64,000 nt of DNA from a virus. This document shows, one piece after another, positions 47,238 through 57,513 of the stretch. Positions within the stretch are counted from its first letter, which is position 1, and every line of letters starts with the position of its first letter. The position numbers were made by a program, and so were the translations under genes. The DNA lies in the IMG/VR virus record IMGVR_UViG_3300028284_000001. The stretch is one strand, 5' to 3'. The notes under the pieces are model-generated. The model was given only the letters and a program-made list of their open reading frames with translations. It was not told the origin of the DNA and ran no database searches.

Positions 47238-47713
47238 TATTTAAGTGTCTTTTCAGTTAATACTACAAATCTCATATTTCTACTATCGCACCATGCTTGT
47301 GCATATTTGTACTTATCAGTATTCTTAACGTATTGTTCTGCTAAAAATTTATATGATTCCAAAGCCTTCTTTGATTTTTTAAGAGGTGGCTTTGGTTTTT
47401 TGATTTGTGCTTCTGGTTTTATTTCAACTATAAACTCTTCTTCAAATCCATCTTCAGTTTTAGTTTTCATATAGAAGTCAGGATAGTATTTATGTTCTCT
47501 ATTATCCTGTCTAGAAATATATTTAATTTCTACTGGTTCGCTTGACCACTTTAATACAGTATCTTTAGTATCGCACATAATACAGAACTTTCTTTCCCAT
47601 GAGGAACGATAAATGATCGGCGTTGGGCCGATATACTTATCTGGATTTTCAGGAGTATAATATCCCTGAACAAATCCTGAGTTACCTCTAGGTTTTAAGT
47701 TCTTTATTGACAT
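47237..47713 (-). CDS. gp4: Head completion nuclease
   Basis: QGYY.PENPDKY.G, YRSSWE, WSSE, YYPDF, VEIKP. Confidence 0.9.
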   Translation of the reverse strand: MSIKNLKPRGNSGFVQGYYTPENPDKYIGPTPIIYRSSWERKFCIMCDTKDTVLKWSSEPVEIKYISRQDNREHKYYPDFYMKTKTEDGFEEEFIVEIKPEAQIKKPKPPLKKSKKALESYKFLAEQYVKNTDKYKYAQAWCDSRNMRFVVLTEKTLK

Positions 47714-48091
47714 TTATATGTTAAACATTCCGGAATCCCCGTCACTATTAGAAGTATTTATTCTATCCATTGACATGGTATTCTTATATTTGGTTGGATG
47801 TATCTTATTCCATCCTTTAGCATATCCTCTTTTTGCTATCTCCGTAAAGTATGCAAATGCATTGGTATACTTAGGATTAAAGTTACGCCAGTATTTTAAA
47901 AGGTCTAATATAGCAAATTGTAAGCAGTCATTTCTATCATCACTACTAACATACACTAATTTTCTAATTGCCCTCTCAGCTAAAAGAATTAACATCTTTT
48001 CAGCATCTCTCGTTAACTTATCATCCTCTAAAGATTGTACAATTTGATTGTAAAGATCTTTATTATTGAGGTAATTCTTTTTTCTTGGCAC
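47714..48091 (-). CDS. gp55: Late-transcription sigma factor
   Basis: YLNNKDLY, LKYWRNFNP..TNAFAYFT; GTG start. Confidence 0.85.
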   Translation of the reverse strand: MPRKKNYLNNKDLYNQIVQSLEDDKLTRDAEKMLILLAERAIRKLVYVSSDDRNDCLQFAILDLLKYWRNFNPKYTNAFAYFTEIAKRGYAKGWNKIHPTKYKNTMSMDRINTSNSDGDSGMFNI

Positions 48092-48114
48092 GATTTGTGT
48101 TGTTTAATTTACTA

Positions 48115-48141
48115 TTATATGCAAAAAAGCCCGAATGTTTC
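48115..48141 (-). promoter_or_regulatory. Middle-type promoter GAAAC-N17-TATAA driving gp55
   Basis: Exact motif, overlapping a terminator hairpin. Confidence 0.65.
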
Positions 48142-48157
48142 GATACGGGCTTTTTTG
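48123..48157. terminator. Bidirectional-looking intrinsic terminator
   Basis: aaaaaagcccg-N12-cgggcttttttt. Confidence 0.8.
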
Positions 48158-48179
48158 TGTTATGTGGATTGCAGTATGA

Positions 48180-49367
48180 TTAAACTGCGTCTTGTGGACT
48201 TAGTGCGATCTTAAACTTTTCAATTCTAGCAGGTTCGTCTTTTATGAATACCGTAAGTATGTCATTTTTTCCTGCATTAGTATATTCAAGAGCATCTACT
48301 CTCATTTCTTGATCTTTTTGATAACCATCAGATTCTACTTTCATGGTAGCAACTACATAACCATCTTCAATATCTAAAATAGCTTCATTTTGTGTAGTAG
48401 TTAATATTTCAGAAATTCTTTTAATTTCAGATTTTAATAAGTTATCTGCAGCTTTAATATCTGGTAAGTTTCTATCAGCCTCTGCTAATCTACCAACTTG
48501 GTCATGTAAAAAAGAAATCATCTCATTGTAAAGATTAATCTTCTCATTCTTAGCTGCTCTTCTTTCAACTAAAGATTCTAATAACTCTGAGTATAATTCT
48601 GTTACATCAGCTCCTGTATGTTCTGCAACATATTCTACTGCAGCATCGGCTAATAATTTTTGGAATTTCTCAATCTTAGTATCTTCGTTTCTTCTATAAA
48701 CAAAAGCATTGTTTTCTGCTTTCATAGATACAACTGTAAGCTGGTCTTTAGTAGACGCTTCTACAAAATCTAAAACTTTATATGCTTCAAAGTTTTTAGC
48801 AGCAGTTTCAAGTAGATTAAAAATAGACTTGTCTTCATATTTAATATACGCAGCTGAAAATACAGCTTCAGATAACGGGAGACTTCCTAATGCTAATTCA
48901 ATGTTACCAGCAAAAAATGCGTTTGATTCTTTTACATAAGTAAACTGTATTGCAATTGAAGATGCTTTAGTTTCATTTAATTCAGAAGTAGTTAATTCTA
49001 TTTCTTTAGCTAATGTGATTAAGCCATTACCTTTTTTATTTGCTAATCTAAGGTTTTTAGCTGATTCGTTTAAAAACGATAATTTTTCGTTTAAGCTAGT
49101 AAGCTTATCGAAATTTTCTAAAGCATTTTCTTCAATCTTAGTTACAACATTTTTGCTGTTATAGTCATAGTAAAAAGAAATGCTATTTTCGTTTATTGTA
49201 AATAAATTATTAGCAGCAACTAGTGCATTAAACACGTCGTTAGTTTCATTAACAGTTTCTATATGAGATCCTGTTACTTTAAAATCTGTTCCAGCAACGT
49301 GGAAGATATGGCCTTGGCCATGTTCCATTATTGGTGAAATGATTTTATTGTTTTTTAAATTTGCCAT
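48180..49367 (-). CDS. Hypothetical late protein
   Basis: 395 aa; late motif variant at 49393-49401; many LNE/INE motifs. Confidence 0.7.
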   Translation of the reverse strand: MANLKNNKIISPIMEHGQGHIFHVAGTDFKVTGSHIETVNETNDVFNALVAANNLFTINENSISFYYDYNSKNVVTKIEENALENFDKLTSLNEKLSFLNESAKNLRLANKKGNGLITLAKEIELTTSELNETKASSIAIQFTYVKESNAFFAGNIELALGSLPLSEAVFSAAYIKYEDKSIFNLLETAAKNFEAYKVLDFVEASTKDQLTVVSMKAENNAFVYRRNEDTKIEKFQKLLADAAVEYVAEHTGADVTELYSELLESLVERRAAKNEKINLYNEMISFLHDQVGRLAEADRNLPDIKAADNLLKSEIKRISEILTTTQNEAILDIEDGYVVATMKVESDGYQKDQEMRVDALEYTNAGKNDILTVFIKDEPARIEKFKIALSPQDAV

Positions 49368-49411
49368 CTTGGTTGTTTTATTTTCTATATTAGTATATAT
49401 CAGTTAAATTT

Positions 49412-50485
49412 TTAATCTATTTTACCTCCGAATGGATAGTCTCTTCCTGTAACATTATATTGATCTCCAAGCATAGAATTATCATCTTCTGATTTAGCGT
49501 CTGTTGACGACGGGCCGTTCTTAATTGTAAACATTCTATTAGACTGTTTTCTTCTTTTAGAAACTCTTTTAATTTGAGATTCTGTTGTTTGTTCTTGACC
49601 TAAAGTACCTATAACATCTGGATGTGAACAATCTTTACCATCTTCTACTTTTATCCATTCAGTTCCATTAGACTCCCATTTTGAAGGATGGTAGCTATCA
49701 TAATATACATTAGGTGTCATGGCAGGATCTAAGAATCCATTAGGATTTCCATAGTCGCCACATGTAGCATTAGCATACGTAGTTCTAGTGAATTTTCTAT
49801 AAGTATCTTCTTCAAAATCAAATGAGGGTACGAATGAATTAATTTCTAAACTAAAAGTAATTTTATGATTTGCTTTATCATCAAATGAATATTCAACAGG
49901 TCTTTCTTGTGAATAATCATCAGGCATCATATACTCAGATGAAATTCTATAAGTTCCTTCTTCTAAATGACCAGCATCTATATTATAGAAATTAGCCTTA
50001 TACATTTTCTTTACAATAGATTCAGTAACTTTAAATAGATCTAATTGGCTTGATACTATTATTTCAATATCAACTCCTATTACACATGGAATCATTTCAA
50101 ATTCGGCTACATAGCCTTCCATTAAGCCATCTTCGTTCATCATCGAATATTGACCCATGTTTCTTTTATTAACTAGCTTACCAGGATCTACAGCAAACGA
50201 TGTTAGGTTTACAATACCTCTTGGTACTTTATCGTAATTACCATCTGCAAACTGACCATCAGGATCACATCCAGGGCCATTTACATTTGAAAATAGAAAA
50301 GCATCTTTTAAAAAGTTTTCATCTCCAGATACTGCATAAAAGAAGGGTACATCAACAACAACTCTCTCGTCATTGCTAATTTGTCTAAAAAAACTCAGTT
50401 TACTATTGAGGTCTGCTAAGAGTCCAACAACAATGTGTCTGATAACTGAATCGTCTTTATTAAATTTTAAATTATATGTTGCCAT
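49412..50485 (-). CDS. Tail sheath stabiliser/completion protein (gp15-like)
   Basis: IRHIVVGLL..LN, VPFFY, VPRG, D..K.VNK. Confidence 0.65.
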   Translation of the reverse strand: MATYNLKFNKDDSVIRHIVVGLLADLNSKLSFFRQISNDERVVVDVPFFYAVSGDENFLKDAFLFSNVNGPGCDPDGQFADGNYDKVPRGIVNLTSFAVDPGKLVNKRNMGQYSMMNEDGLMEGYVAEFEMIPCVIGVDIEIIVSSQLDLFKVTESIVKKMYKANFYNIDAGHLEEGTYRISSEYMMPDDYSQERPVEYSFDDKANHKITFSLEINSFVPSFDFEEDTYRKFTRTTYANATCGDYGNPNGFLDPAMTPNVYYDSYHPSKWESNGTEWIKVEDGKDCSHPDVIGTLGQEQTTESQIKRVSKRRKQSNRMFTIKNGPSSTDAKSEDDNSMLGDQYNVTGRDYPFGGKID

Positions 50486-50503
50486 AGAGTATATATCACT
50501 CTA

Positions 50504-52174
50504 TTAATCTATGTTCTCTATCGTGAATTTAGAGAATCCATTTTCTCGATATATTTCAATCTTCTTGTCAAAAATTTCATGTGGTAATACCGAGTGATTA
50601 ATTACGAATGTATTTATTTCATGTTCCTTAATTACTTGATTTAAAATCTTCAATATATTGTAAACACCATCATGGTCTACTGAAGACAATAACTCATCTA
50701 AGAACAATAAGTTTAATTGTGGGAATCTTAATTTTAAGATTTTAATGATTGCAATAATTACAATAAAGTCTGCTTTCTTACGCTCACCTGTTGAAAGTGT
50801 CATTGGATTAATATCTTCACCTAGGTGATTAATAATACAATTAAACTTCTCATCAAACCTAATATGGAATTGCAAGTGCATCGTTTGTGCCATTGCAGCT
50901 ATATTAGTATTAAGTCCTGGTAGAATAGTTTTTACTGCAAGATTCTTTACTCCATCCTCACCTAAGATATTTTCTACAACTTCCATAAAATTATAGTCTG
51001 CATTTAAGGTATCTTTACTTGTAGATTTAGCAGCCTCTTTTTCTTCAAATTCTGTAATAAGATTTCTTAAGTGGTCAAAGTCTGAACCTTCTGGAGTATC
51101 TTTTAATTTAACGAGTTCTCCTTTAAGTCCTCGCATTGTTACTTTGTTATCTGAGATCTGACCCTCTAGTTCTAGCTTAGTCTCTCTTGCTGTAATTACT
51201 TTTTCTTGTAATTCATCCATCTCAGCCTTAATTGATTTAATCTGATCTGTACTCGATTCTATCTTATCTGCAAATTCTACTTTCTGAGTTTTGTGCCAAT
51301 CTGAAGTTAACTTAGTTTCACATGTTGGGCAATGTCCACTTTCATATAACTCTAACTTCTTATTTAGATAATCAATCTCTCTTTTAATATCTCCAGCCTC
51401 TGTGCGCTTTTCGTTATATTGAGTATTGAAGGTATTCATTGCACCCTCTTCTTTTTTACGATTAGCATCAATATCTAATACCACTTCATGAAGAGCTACT
51501 AGCTCATCTTTTAATTCTTGGATCTTAGATTTATTTACATTTTTAGATTCTTCTAACAGAGTATTTAGTTTACCTCTAACAGATCCAATTGAATTCATTA
51601 TCTCATTTAACTCAGCATCAAAAGCATCAATATCAAATTTAATATCTCTACGTTCGTCTTTGATTTGCTTTTGCATATCATTAAGAATAGAGAAGCCAAA
51701 CATTCTATCAATAATTTGTTTCTTATCTGAATTGTTCATAGTTAAAAATGACTTAAAGTCATTTACCGATAGAATAATTATATTTTTAAATACGTGGTAT
51801 GGAATACCGAATACTTCATCTTCTAAATATTCTTGTACAGATTTTTTACCAGCTTTATCAAATTCAACCCCATTAATTAAGACGCTAAATCTACTTGGAG
51901 CAATGCCCCTTTCTATTTCTATCTTCATAGTACCGCATTGTAAACCAATTTTTACATGAAGTTCTTTATTAATACGATTAGGTAGATCTGCTAATTTTAC
52001 ACCTTCTACTTTTCCATATAGGCCATAAATAATAGCGTTGGCAATAGTAGTTTTACCATGACCATTTTTACCTAGAGTCAAAAATAACTCAGAAGTATCT
52101 TGCTTAAATTCTATCCTCTGTACTTGATTCCCATAAGAAGCAAAGTTCTTAAACTCAATATAGTCTATTCTCAT
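50504..52174 (-). CDS. gp46: Recombination nuclease ATPase subunit (Rad50/SbcC-like)
   Basis: FKNFASYGN, GKNGHGKT, CPTC zinc hook, LSTGE, LFLDE. Confidence 0.95.
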   Translation of the reverse strand: MRIDYIEFKNFASYGNQVQRIEFKQDTSELFLTLGKNGHGKTTIANAIIYGLYGKVEGVKLADLPNRINKELHVKIGLQCGTMKIEIERGIAPSRFSVLINGVEFDKAGKKSVQEYLEDEVFGIPYHVFKNIIILSVNDFKSFLTMNNSDKKQIIDRMFGFSILNDMQKQIKDERRDIKFDIDAFDAELNEIMNSIGSVRGKLNTLLEESKNVNKSKIQELKDELVALHEVVLDIDANRKKEEGAMNTFNTQYNEKRTEAGDIKREIDYLNKKLELYESGHCPTCETKLTSDWHKTQKVEFADKIESSTDQIKSIKAEMDELQEKVITARETKLELEGQISDNKVTMRGLKGELVKLKDTPEGSDFDHLRNLITEFEEKEAAKSTSKDTLNADYNFMEVVENILGEDGVKNLAVKTILPGLNTNIAAMAQTMHLQFHIRFDEKFNCIINHLGEDINPMTLSTGERKKADFIVIIAIIKILKLRFPQLNLLFLDELLSSVDHDGVYNILKILNQVIKEHEINTFVINHSVLPHEIFDKKIEIYRENGFSKFTIENID

Positions 52175-53289
52175 TATTTGTCGGTGTCATAATTGTACGC
52201 ACATTGGGTATACAATTGTTTTAACTTGCTCTTTAGTCTTATCGTTAAATCATCATCTTGTTTCATACTGTCAATATACATATTGCAAAGATTAAGAATA
52301 TTGTAGTTCTTATACATCTCTTCAATTTCATCTATATCATAAAAGTCTTTATCAATATATGAATCTTCTTCGTAAATATTTGGTTCTAGCTTTCTAGATA
52401 TATGTTGAATTTCATTAACCAGCTGGCTCAATGCATTAGTTGTGGCGATTTGCGACGGTACGAATAGATCTACAAAGTTATTTCTTATTTGCTCCTTAAA
52501 CTTGCCGAGAGGCATATCATATAGCGCTTTAATATTATATCTTAAGAACTTAGGAGAATCATTATTCTCAAAGAAAGTTTCTTCCATCGTTTCTAGATTA
52601 ACCATATCAAATCCTTTTGGATTATCTCGATCTGATCTAGTTAATTGGTATGGTACACCGACCATTAATAATTTACCGCGTTCTTGTCTAAAGTGAATAT
52701 GTCCACTATAAACCCTCATATACTTATCGTAGATATTAGAATCAGTACCGTGCTCATTTTTAACTTTAGCATTAAGGTAAATACCTCTAACTTCTGAGTG
52801 GCAATATACTATATCTGCTTGTGGATAATTTGCTAATGTTTCTGTTTCATGTTCTGCATCTCTTCTCCATGGCATTAGTAAAACATTTTTACCGGACCAG
52901 TTTAAAAGTTCTGGCTCTTTGTAAACTTGTACATTAGGAATCCATTTTAAACTATCAATTGATGAGATGTCATTAGATTTCTTAGCCCAAATATCATGGT
53001 TACCACATATTACATAACATGGTAGAATCTGACCTAGTCTTTCAAATAGATCTACTGCGTAGCTTAAGACTTTAATATTAATAGATTGTCTATTATCAAA
53101 AGTATCTCCTACTTGTACTAAAACATCACCAGGCTGTACCTGTGCTTTTAAGATAGGGATAAATGTGTTTTCAAAAAAGTCTTTTTGGATATTCAGCCAC
53201 TCGACTGAATTTGCTCTTACACCAAAGTGTAAGTCTCCAAGGACCCATACTCTCTTGGCTCCTTGTTTAATTACTTTGGGTTCAATCAT
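52174..53289 (-). CDS. gp47: Recombination nuclease subunit (Mre11/SbcD-like)
   Basis: GDLHFG, GDTFDNR, GNHD, SGHIH. Confidence 0.95.
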   Translation of the reverse strand: MIEPKVIKQGAKRVWVLGDLHFGVRANSVEWLNIQKDFFENTFIPILKAQVQPGDVLVQVGDTFDNRQSINIKVLSYAVDLFERLGQILPCYVICGNHDIWAKKSNDISSIDSLKWIPNVQVYKEPELLNWSGKNVLLMPWRRDAEHETETLANYPQADIVYCHSEVRGIYLNAKVKNEHGTDSNIYDKYMRVYSGHIHFRQERGKLLMVGVPYQLTRSDRDNPKGFDMVNLETMEETFFENNDSPKFLRYNIKALYDMPLGKFKEQIRNNFVDLFVPSQIATTNALSQLVNEIQHISRKLEPNIYEEDSYIDKDFYDIDEIEEMYKNYNILNLCNMYIDSMKQDDDLTIRLKSKLKQLYTQCAYNYDTDK

Positions 53290-53736
53290 TTAAAATAACT
53301 TTTTAATGTTCTTCTTTTCTAATATACCGGTTCTTAAATCTAATTCTTGGATTAGATCTTCTTTATATACATTTGATAGTGAACTATAAAATTTCACTGG
53401 TTTAATATCGAAGTAAACACACATTTCACTAAATATATCAATACGGCTAAACTTAGCTGCCATTTCATCTACGATATATCCATATACTTCATTAATATCA
53501 TTTTTTCTAAGCTTGTTACATTTACCTTGTTCATCTACTTCGTTAAATACTTTAAATCTGGATAATCCAATTAGTTTATGGATTTTCCTAGCGATCATTT
53601 CAAAGTGTATCTTATCTTCTTCGTCTTGTGTATCTTTTACACTTGGATCTAATTCAAAACTAATGCTACCTAACTCAAACTCTGGAGTATCAAAACTGTT
53701 GTTAAAAATTTTATCATTTTTCTTCTTTTTATACAT
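53290..53736 (-). CDS. Hypothetical protein
   Basis: ORF between helicase and gp47. Confidence 0.7.
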   Translation of the reverse strand: MYKKKKNDKIFNNSFDTPEFELGSISFELDPSVKDTQDEEDKIHFEMIARKIHKLIGLSRFKVFNEVDEQGKCNKLRKNDINEVYGYIVDEMAAKFSRIDIFSEMCVYFDIKPVKFYSSLSNVYKEDLIQELDLRTGILEKKNIKKLF

Positions 53737-53750
53737 ATTGTTGTGTTATT

Positions 53751-55067
53751 TTATATTGAATGAATATTTGAGTTGGACATCTCATGTGTTTCCTGTAACC
53801 TCATATAATTCCAATCAATATTTAGTTTACATTTTGTTCCCTTACCTTCACCATCTCTGATCTTTAATACCTTAAGCCAGTATTCTTGATTAGCCCTCAT
53901 TAAATCGTCTTGAATAATACCAAGCATTACATCTGCCGTATGGGAAAGTCCTGCAGATTCTGCTATGTCAGTCATAGTTATGTCCGATGCATTGTAGCCT
54001 GATCTTGTTATTTGGGTTGCGGTTACGATCAACCAGTCATTACGAATTCCCATAGCACGAAGGTCCTCTGCAATTTGCTTGATCTTCATATATGTATTCT
54101 CCGTATTTTGGTTACGATAATTAGCTAAAATGTTAATATAGTCAATTACAACGGCTCCCACTTTAATTTGTCTTTCCTCTTCAATTTGATTTACATAAGC
54201 TTCAATATCTAGTACTGTAGCCTGTGATGTAGGAAACTGTTTTACAAATAGACTTCCAGGAGGATTAAATCCATCACCGACAGTTTCTAGTCTACGTTTA
54301 ATATGTTCTTTATTCTTAGCTTTTTCTGCATATTCGTTAATGTTAACAGAAAGTAGATTAGCACCAATTCTTTTTACGAATTTATGTGCTGCCATCTCTG
54401 CAGTAACGACTACTGTATTAGTACCATTTTTTACGAAGTTTGCAGCATCGTTAGCTAAGTATATTGATTTTCCAATATTCTGTTCACCTGCATAAACAAT
54501 TAAGTTACCACCTTTATCGTAACCTCCATTTAACATATCATCTAAGAAGTTATATCCTGTAGTTACCTTTTCAGTTTCTTTTTGGTCGTGAGCTTCCCAA
54601 TCAAAGAAGTCTAGACCTAGATCTGAATTAAATGTTAGATTATTTCTATCATTAATAATACCTTTAACTTTAGCAACAATTGATTCTACATTTTCTGGAG
54701 TTACTTGTGTAGTTTTAATAAACTCAATAGTATCTGTAAAAGATGTATTAAAGGTTCTCCACTTAATCCATGATTCTGCAGTTGAAGTTAACCATTCTTC
54801 ATCATATTGGTCTAAGTCAGTTTCAAATATCATGTTAAGGATATTTTCGCTAACTCTTTCTTTAGATTTAGGATGATTTTGAACAAGAAGAACTAATTGT
54901 TCTTTACTAGGAGTCTCATTAAATTTACCGTAAAATTTATTAGCTAAAAAGCTTAACGCATCTATTTCTTCTGATGTATAAAAGCCTGATTTAATTGCCT
55001 GTAAATATTTTACCTTCTCTAATGATAGCCTAAAGAATATCTTTTCAAAATCTTGTCCGAATTGCAT
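53751..55067 (-). CDS. gp41: Replicative DNA helicase (DnaB/gp41)
   Basis: GEQNIGKS, TAEM, VIDYINI, IAEDLR, TATQ.TR, AESAG. Confidence 0.95.
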   Translation of the reverse strand: MQFGQDFEKIFFRLSLEKVKYLQAIKSGFYTSEEIDALSFLANKFYGKFNETPSKEQLVLLVQNHPKSKERVSENILNMIFETDLDQYDEEWLTSTAESWIKWRTFNTSFTDTIEFIKTTQVTPENVESIVAKVKGIINDRNNLTFNSDLGLDFFDWEAHDQKETEKVTTGYNFLDDMLNGGYDKGGNLIVYAGEQNIGKSIYLANDAANFVKNGTNTVVVTAEMAAHKFVKRIGANLLSVNINEYAEKAKNKEHIKRRLETVGDGFNPPGSLFVKQFPTSQATVLDIEAYVNQIEEERQIKVGAVVIDYINILANYRNQNTENTYMKIKQIAEDLRAMGIRNDWLIVTATQITRSGYNASDITMTDIAESAGLSHTADVMLGIIQDDLMRANQEYWLKVLKIRDGEGKGTKCKLNIDWNYMRLQETHEMSNSNIHSI

Positions 55068-55080
55068 ATTGTATGTTTAG

Positions 55081-55659
55081 TTATTCTATGGTTAAATCTC
55101 CGTTTGTTTTCGCGTATGGCTCTTGATTCCATAAGTTGATAGCGATTGCACGTCTTGTGCCGCTTAATACTCTATTAACCATGTGCTGGTCTTGTCCGGC
55201 ATTAAATATAATAAGTCTATTAGGTTTTGCTTTTACTACCTCTGGTGTAGACTCAGGGCCATCTGTAAAGATTGCAAGTTCACCACCTTCAAAGTCTTGC
55301 CCTGCTGGATAGTATACGCTACCGATTGATGGTGTAAGTATTTCTCCAGTCTTATCAAACCATGCTTCGTCCTTATCAAAGTGCATGGGTAGTTTATCAT
55401 CCCATTCTGTATCTACACTATCTGAAGTTTGAAAACCTGTCCAGTATTCAAAACCGGCAACATGTAATATACTAGATATTGGGCAACGATCTCCCCATGC
55501 ATATTTTATTATCTCTTTAACTGTATTATCAGCAGGAGAATCCCACCAGCCTCCGTACCATTTATATACGCCTGGATCTTTAAAGATCTCTGCTTTATTT
55601 AGTTCTATTTCTGCTAATAGTTTTTCGTCTTCTATAAAATTGTCAAATACTGCTATCAT
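55081..55659 (-). CDS. 2OG-Fe(II) oxygenase
   Basis: HFDKD, GGEL, NRLIIF...H.V...R.AIAIN. Confidence 0.85.
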   Translation of the reverse strand: MIAVFDNFIEDEKLLAEIELNKAEIFKDPGVYKWYGGWWDSPADNTVKEIIKYAWGDRCPISSILHVAGFEYWTGFQTSDSVDTEWDDKLPMHFDKDEAWFDKTGEILTPSIGSVYYPAGQDFEGGELAIFTDGPESTPEVVKAKPNRLIIFNAGQDQHMVNRVLSGTRRAIAINLWNQEPYAKTNGDLTIE

Positions 55660-55955
55660 TCGAATGGATTTTGTATTATTTTAAAAGCCTCTTTGCCAGG
55701 CTCGTCACTTGTTTGTTCGCATAAACCCAATGTAACTAATTCTTTTGCAGATTCTAATATTTTGTTATGATCTGATTCTGGAAATCTATAAGTTTTTAAT
55801 GCGTGGAATGTAAAGCTACCTTTATATCTGTCTGGGTTTCTATTACATAATTTTACTTCAGCTTGTAAAACATCTAATGCGGTTGGATAATCTGGTAAAT
55901 CTTTTTCTATCCCTAGGATATACTTGATTGGCAGCTTATCTTTATTCAACTTCAC
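55656..55955 (-). CDS. Hypothetical protein
   Basis: Coupled to uvsX and the oxygenase gene. Confidence 0.7.
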   Translation of the reverse strand: MKLNKDKLPIKYILGIEKDLPDYPTALDVLQAEVKLCNRNPDRYKGSFTFHALKTYRFPESDHNKILESAKELVTLGLCEQTSDEPGKEAFKIIQNPFE

Positions 55956-57057
55956 CTAGTTCTATTAGCTCGTCTATGTCAAGTTCTCTGTGTTCCGTAC
56001 TGTAATTAAATAGAGGCTGAATTTTCTTTTCAATTTTTTGTAGGATTTCTTGAGTAAAGACTTTATCTGTAAAGAATTCTGAGTTTGATACAGTTTCATC
56101 AAGGTGTTTACAAATCCAACCCCTTGCAGTAGCCTTAGGTGTTTTTGTTCCGTCCTTTTCAACTAGACCTTTTGCAATACCAATATCTTCCCAGTCAATA
56201 TATTGTTCTAGGCCGACAAATCTATTCATACCTTCTGTAAAGTGTAAATGGAATTTAATTGGATGTGGTTTTGCAAATCTGTTTTTATTTGGTTTTGCAG
56301 TTACAATAATACCAGTCTTTTCACCGCCCTCTTTAAGTTGTGCCTTACCTAAGAATAGAACAATTGATGCTGCATATTCTGGTCCAGTTCCTCCACCTGC
56401 TACTGCCTGTGAAATAAATGATTGTGTTTGGTATGTGTGATTTGTAAATAGAAATGGAATCTTTAAATCAGCCAGAGGCGTCATAATAATTCTAAAGATA
56501 GACTTTAGGATCTTAGCCCTAGTCATATCTGATTTTTCAGAACCTGTTTTAGCATCATCAATTTCTTTATTAGTTGCTAAGTTACCTGCAGAATCTAAGA
56601 TAATCATTACTTTAGGTGTTTGACCGCCAGCTCTTTTTACCTCTTGCATTTTAGCAGTAATTGTAGTTACAGATTGACGAAAGTCTTGTACTGTATTAAC
56701 TGGTTGGTAATTTACTTTAGTAGTATCAATGCCAAACTTCTTCATTAATTCTCTATCGACTGCTGCTTCTGAATCATAAAAGATAACACTATAACCCATG
56801 TCTATAGCACGAACAATGGAGTTTAATATTAAATATGTTTTTCCTGTTCCTGATGGTCCTGCGATTGAACAAGATCTGTTGTTTGGCCAACCATTAAATA
56901 AGGATCCGCTTACACATGCGTTTAAGTGGTAGTTACCCGTATCAATCCATTCTGTAACCTCACTAAAATTAGAATGTTCCATAACGGAACCTAACGGATT
57001 AAGGTCCGCTAATTCTTTATTAATGTCATCGAAACTAAATTCTTTCTTTTTTGCCAT
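55942..57057 (-). CDS. uvsX: RecA-like recombinase
   Basis: IDTG, AGPSGTGKT, YDSEAA, LDS.GNL, DMTRAK, NHTY, GGGTG. Confidence 0.95.
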   Translation of the reverse strand: MAKKKEFSFDDINKELADLNPLGSVMEHSNFSEVTEWIDTGNYHLNACVSGSLFNGWPNNRSCSIAGPSGTGKTYLILNSIVRAIDMGYSVIFYDSEAAVDRELMKKFGIDTTKVNYQPVNTVQDFRQSVTTITAKMQEVKRAGGQTPKVMIILDSAGNLATNKEIDDAKTGSEKSDMTRAKILKSIFRIIMTPLADLKIPFLFTNHTYQTQSFISQAVAGGGTGPEYAASIVLFLGKAQLKEGGEKTGIIVTAKPNKNRFAKPHPIKFHLHFTEGMNRFVGLEQYIDWEDIGIAKGLVEKDGTKTPKATARGWICKHLDETVSNSEFFTDKVFTQEILQKIEKKIQPLFNYSTEHRELDIDELIELGEVE

Positions 57058-57077
57058 TGTATTATTTTTGTTTATTA

Positions 57078-57104
57078 TTATATGGTAAGATGCTATATAG
57101 TTTC
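57078..57104 (-). promoter_or_regulatory. Middle-type promoter GAAAC-N17-TATAA (uvsX operon)
   Basis: Exact motif. Confidence 0.65.
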
Positions 57105-57314
57105 CTAGACTTTATCTAGTACATTATCATCTCCAAATTCTTCTTTTTCCTTAGCTCTAAGCTCTGTTAGTTCTTTCGTTAAAAGGGTAGCCCTTTCTGA
57201 TAGACTATCAATATTAATTTGAATATCAGCTAATCCATGTAGAATTCTCTGATATTCTCTAATATACTTTTGTTGGCCTTTAGGAAGGTCTTCTATATTA
57301 ATTGAGTTCTCCAT
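57105..57314 (-). CDS. Small coiled-coil hypothetical protein
   Basis: Coupled ORF. Confidence 0.65.
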   Translation of the reverse strand: MENSINIEDLPKGQQKYIREYQRILHGLADIQINIDSLSERATLLTKELTELRAKEKEEFGDDNVLDKV

Positions 57315-57508
57315 TAATCGTAACCTAATACTGCATCATCTCTGATATCTTCATCAAAGATATTTAATTGTCCTGGTAATTGCTCTCCTGCAATTTCTTG
57401 ACTTTGAGCCTTTTTCATTTGCCAAACAAGTGCTCTAACTTTGTTACCAAGCTCCATGTCGTTTGGGTTTTCGTTTGCTAATATGTATAATGTGTCTTTT
57501 AATTCCAT
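57314..57508 (-). CDS. Small hypothetical protein
   Basis: PNDMELGNKVR motif; coupled ORF. Confidence 0.65.
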   Translation of the reverse strand: MELKDTLYILANENPNDMELGNKVRALVWQMKKAQSQEIAGEQLPGQLNIFDEDIRDDAVLGYD

Positions 57509-57513
57509 GTTGT

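Noticed and set aside
47237-47713. TnsA-like nuclease as evidence of a Tn7 element
   Set aside because: Motifs and position next to gp2, gp55 and the portal identify it as T4 gp4 head completion protein
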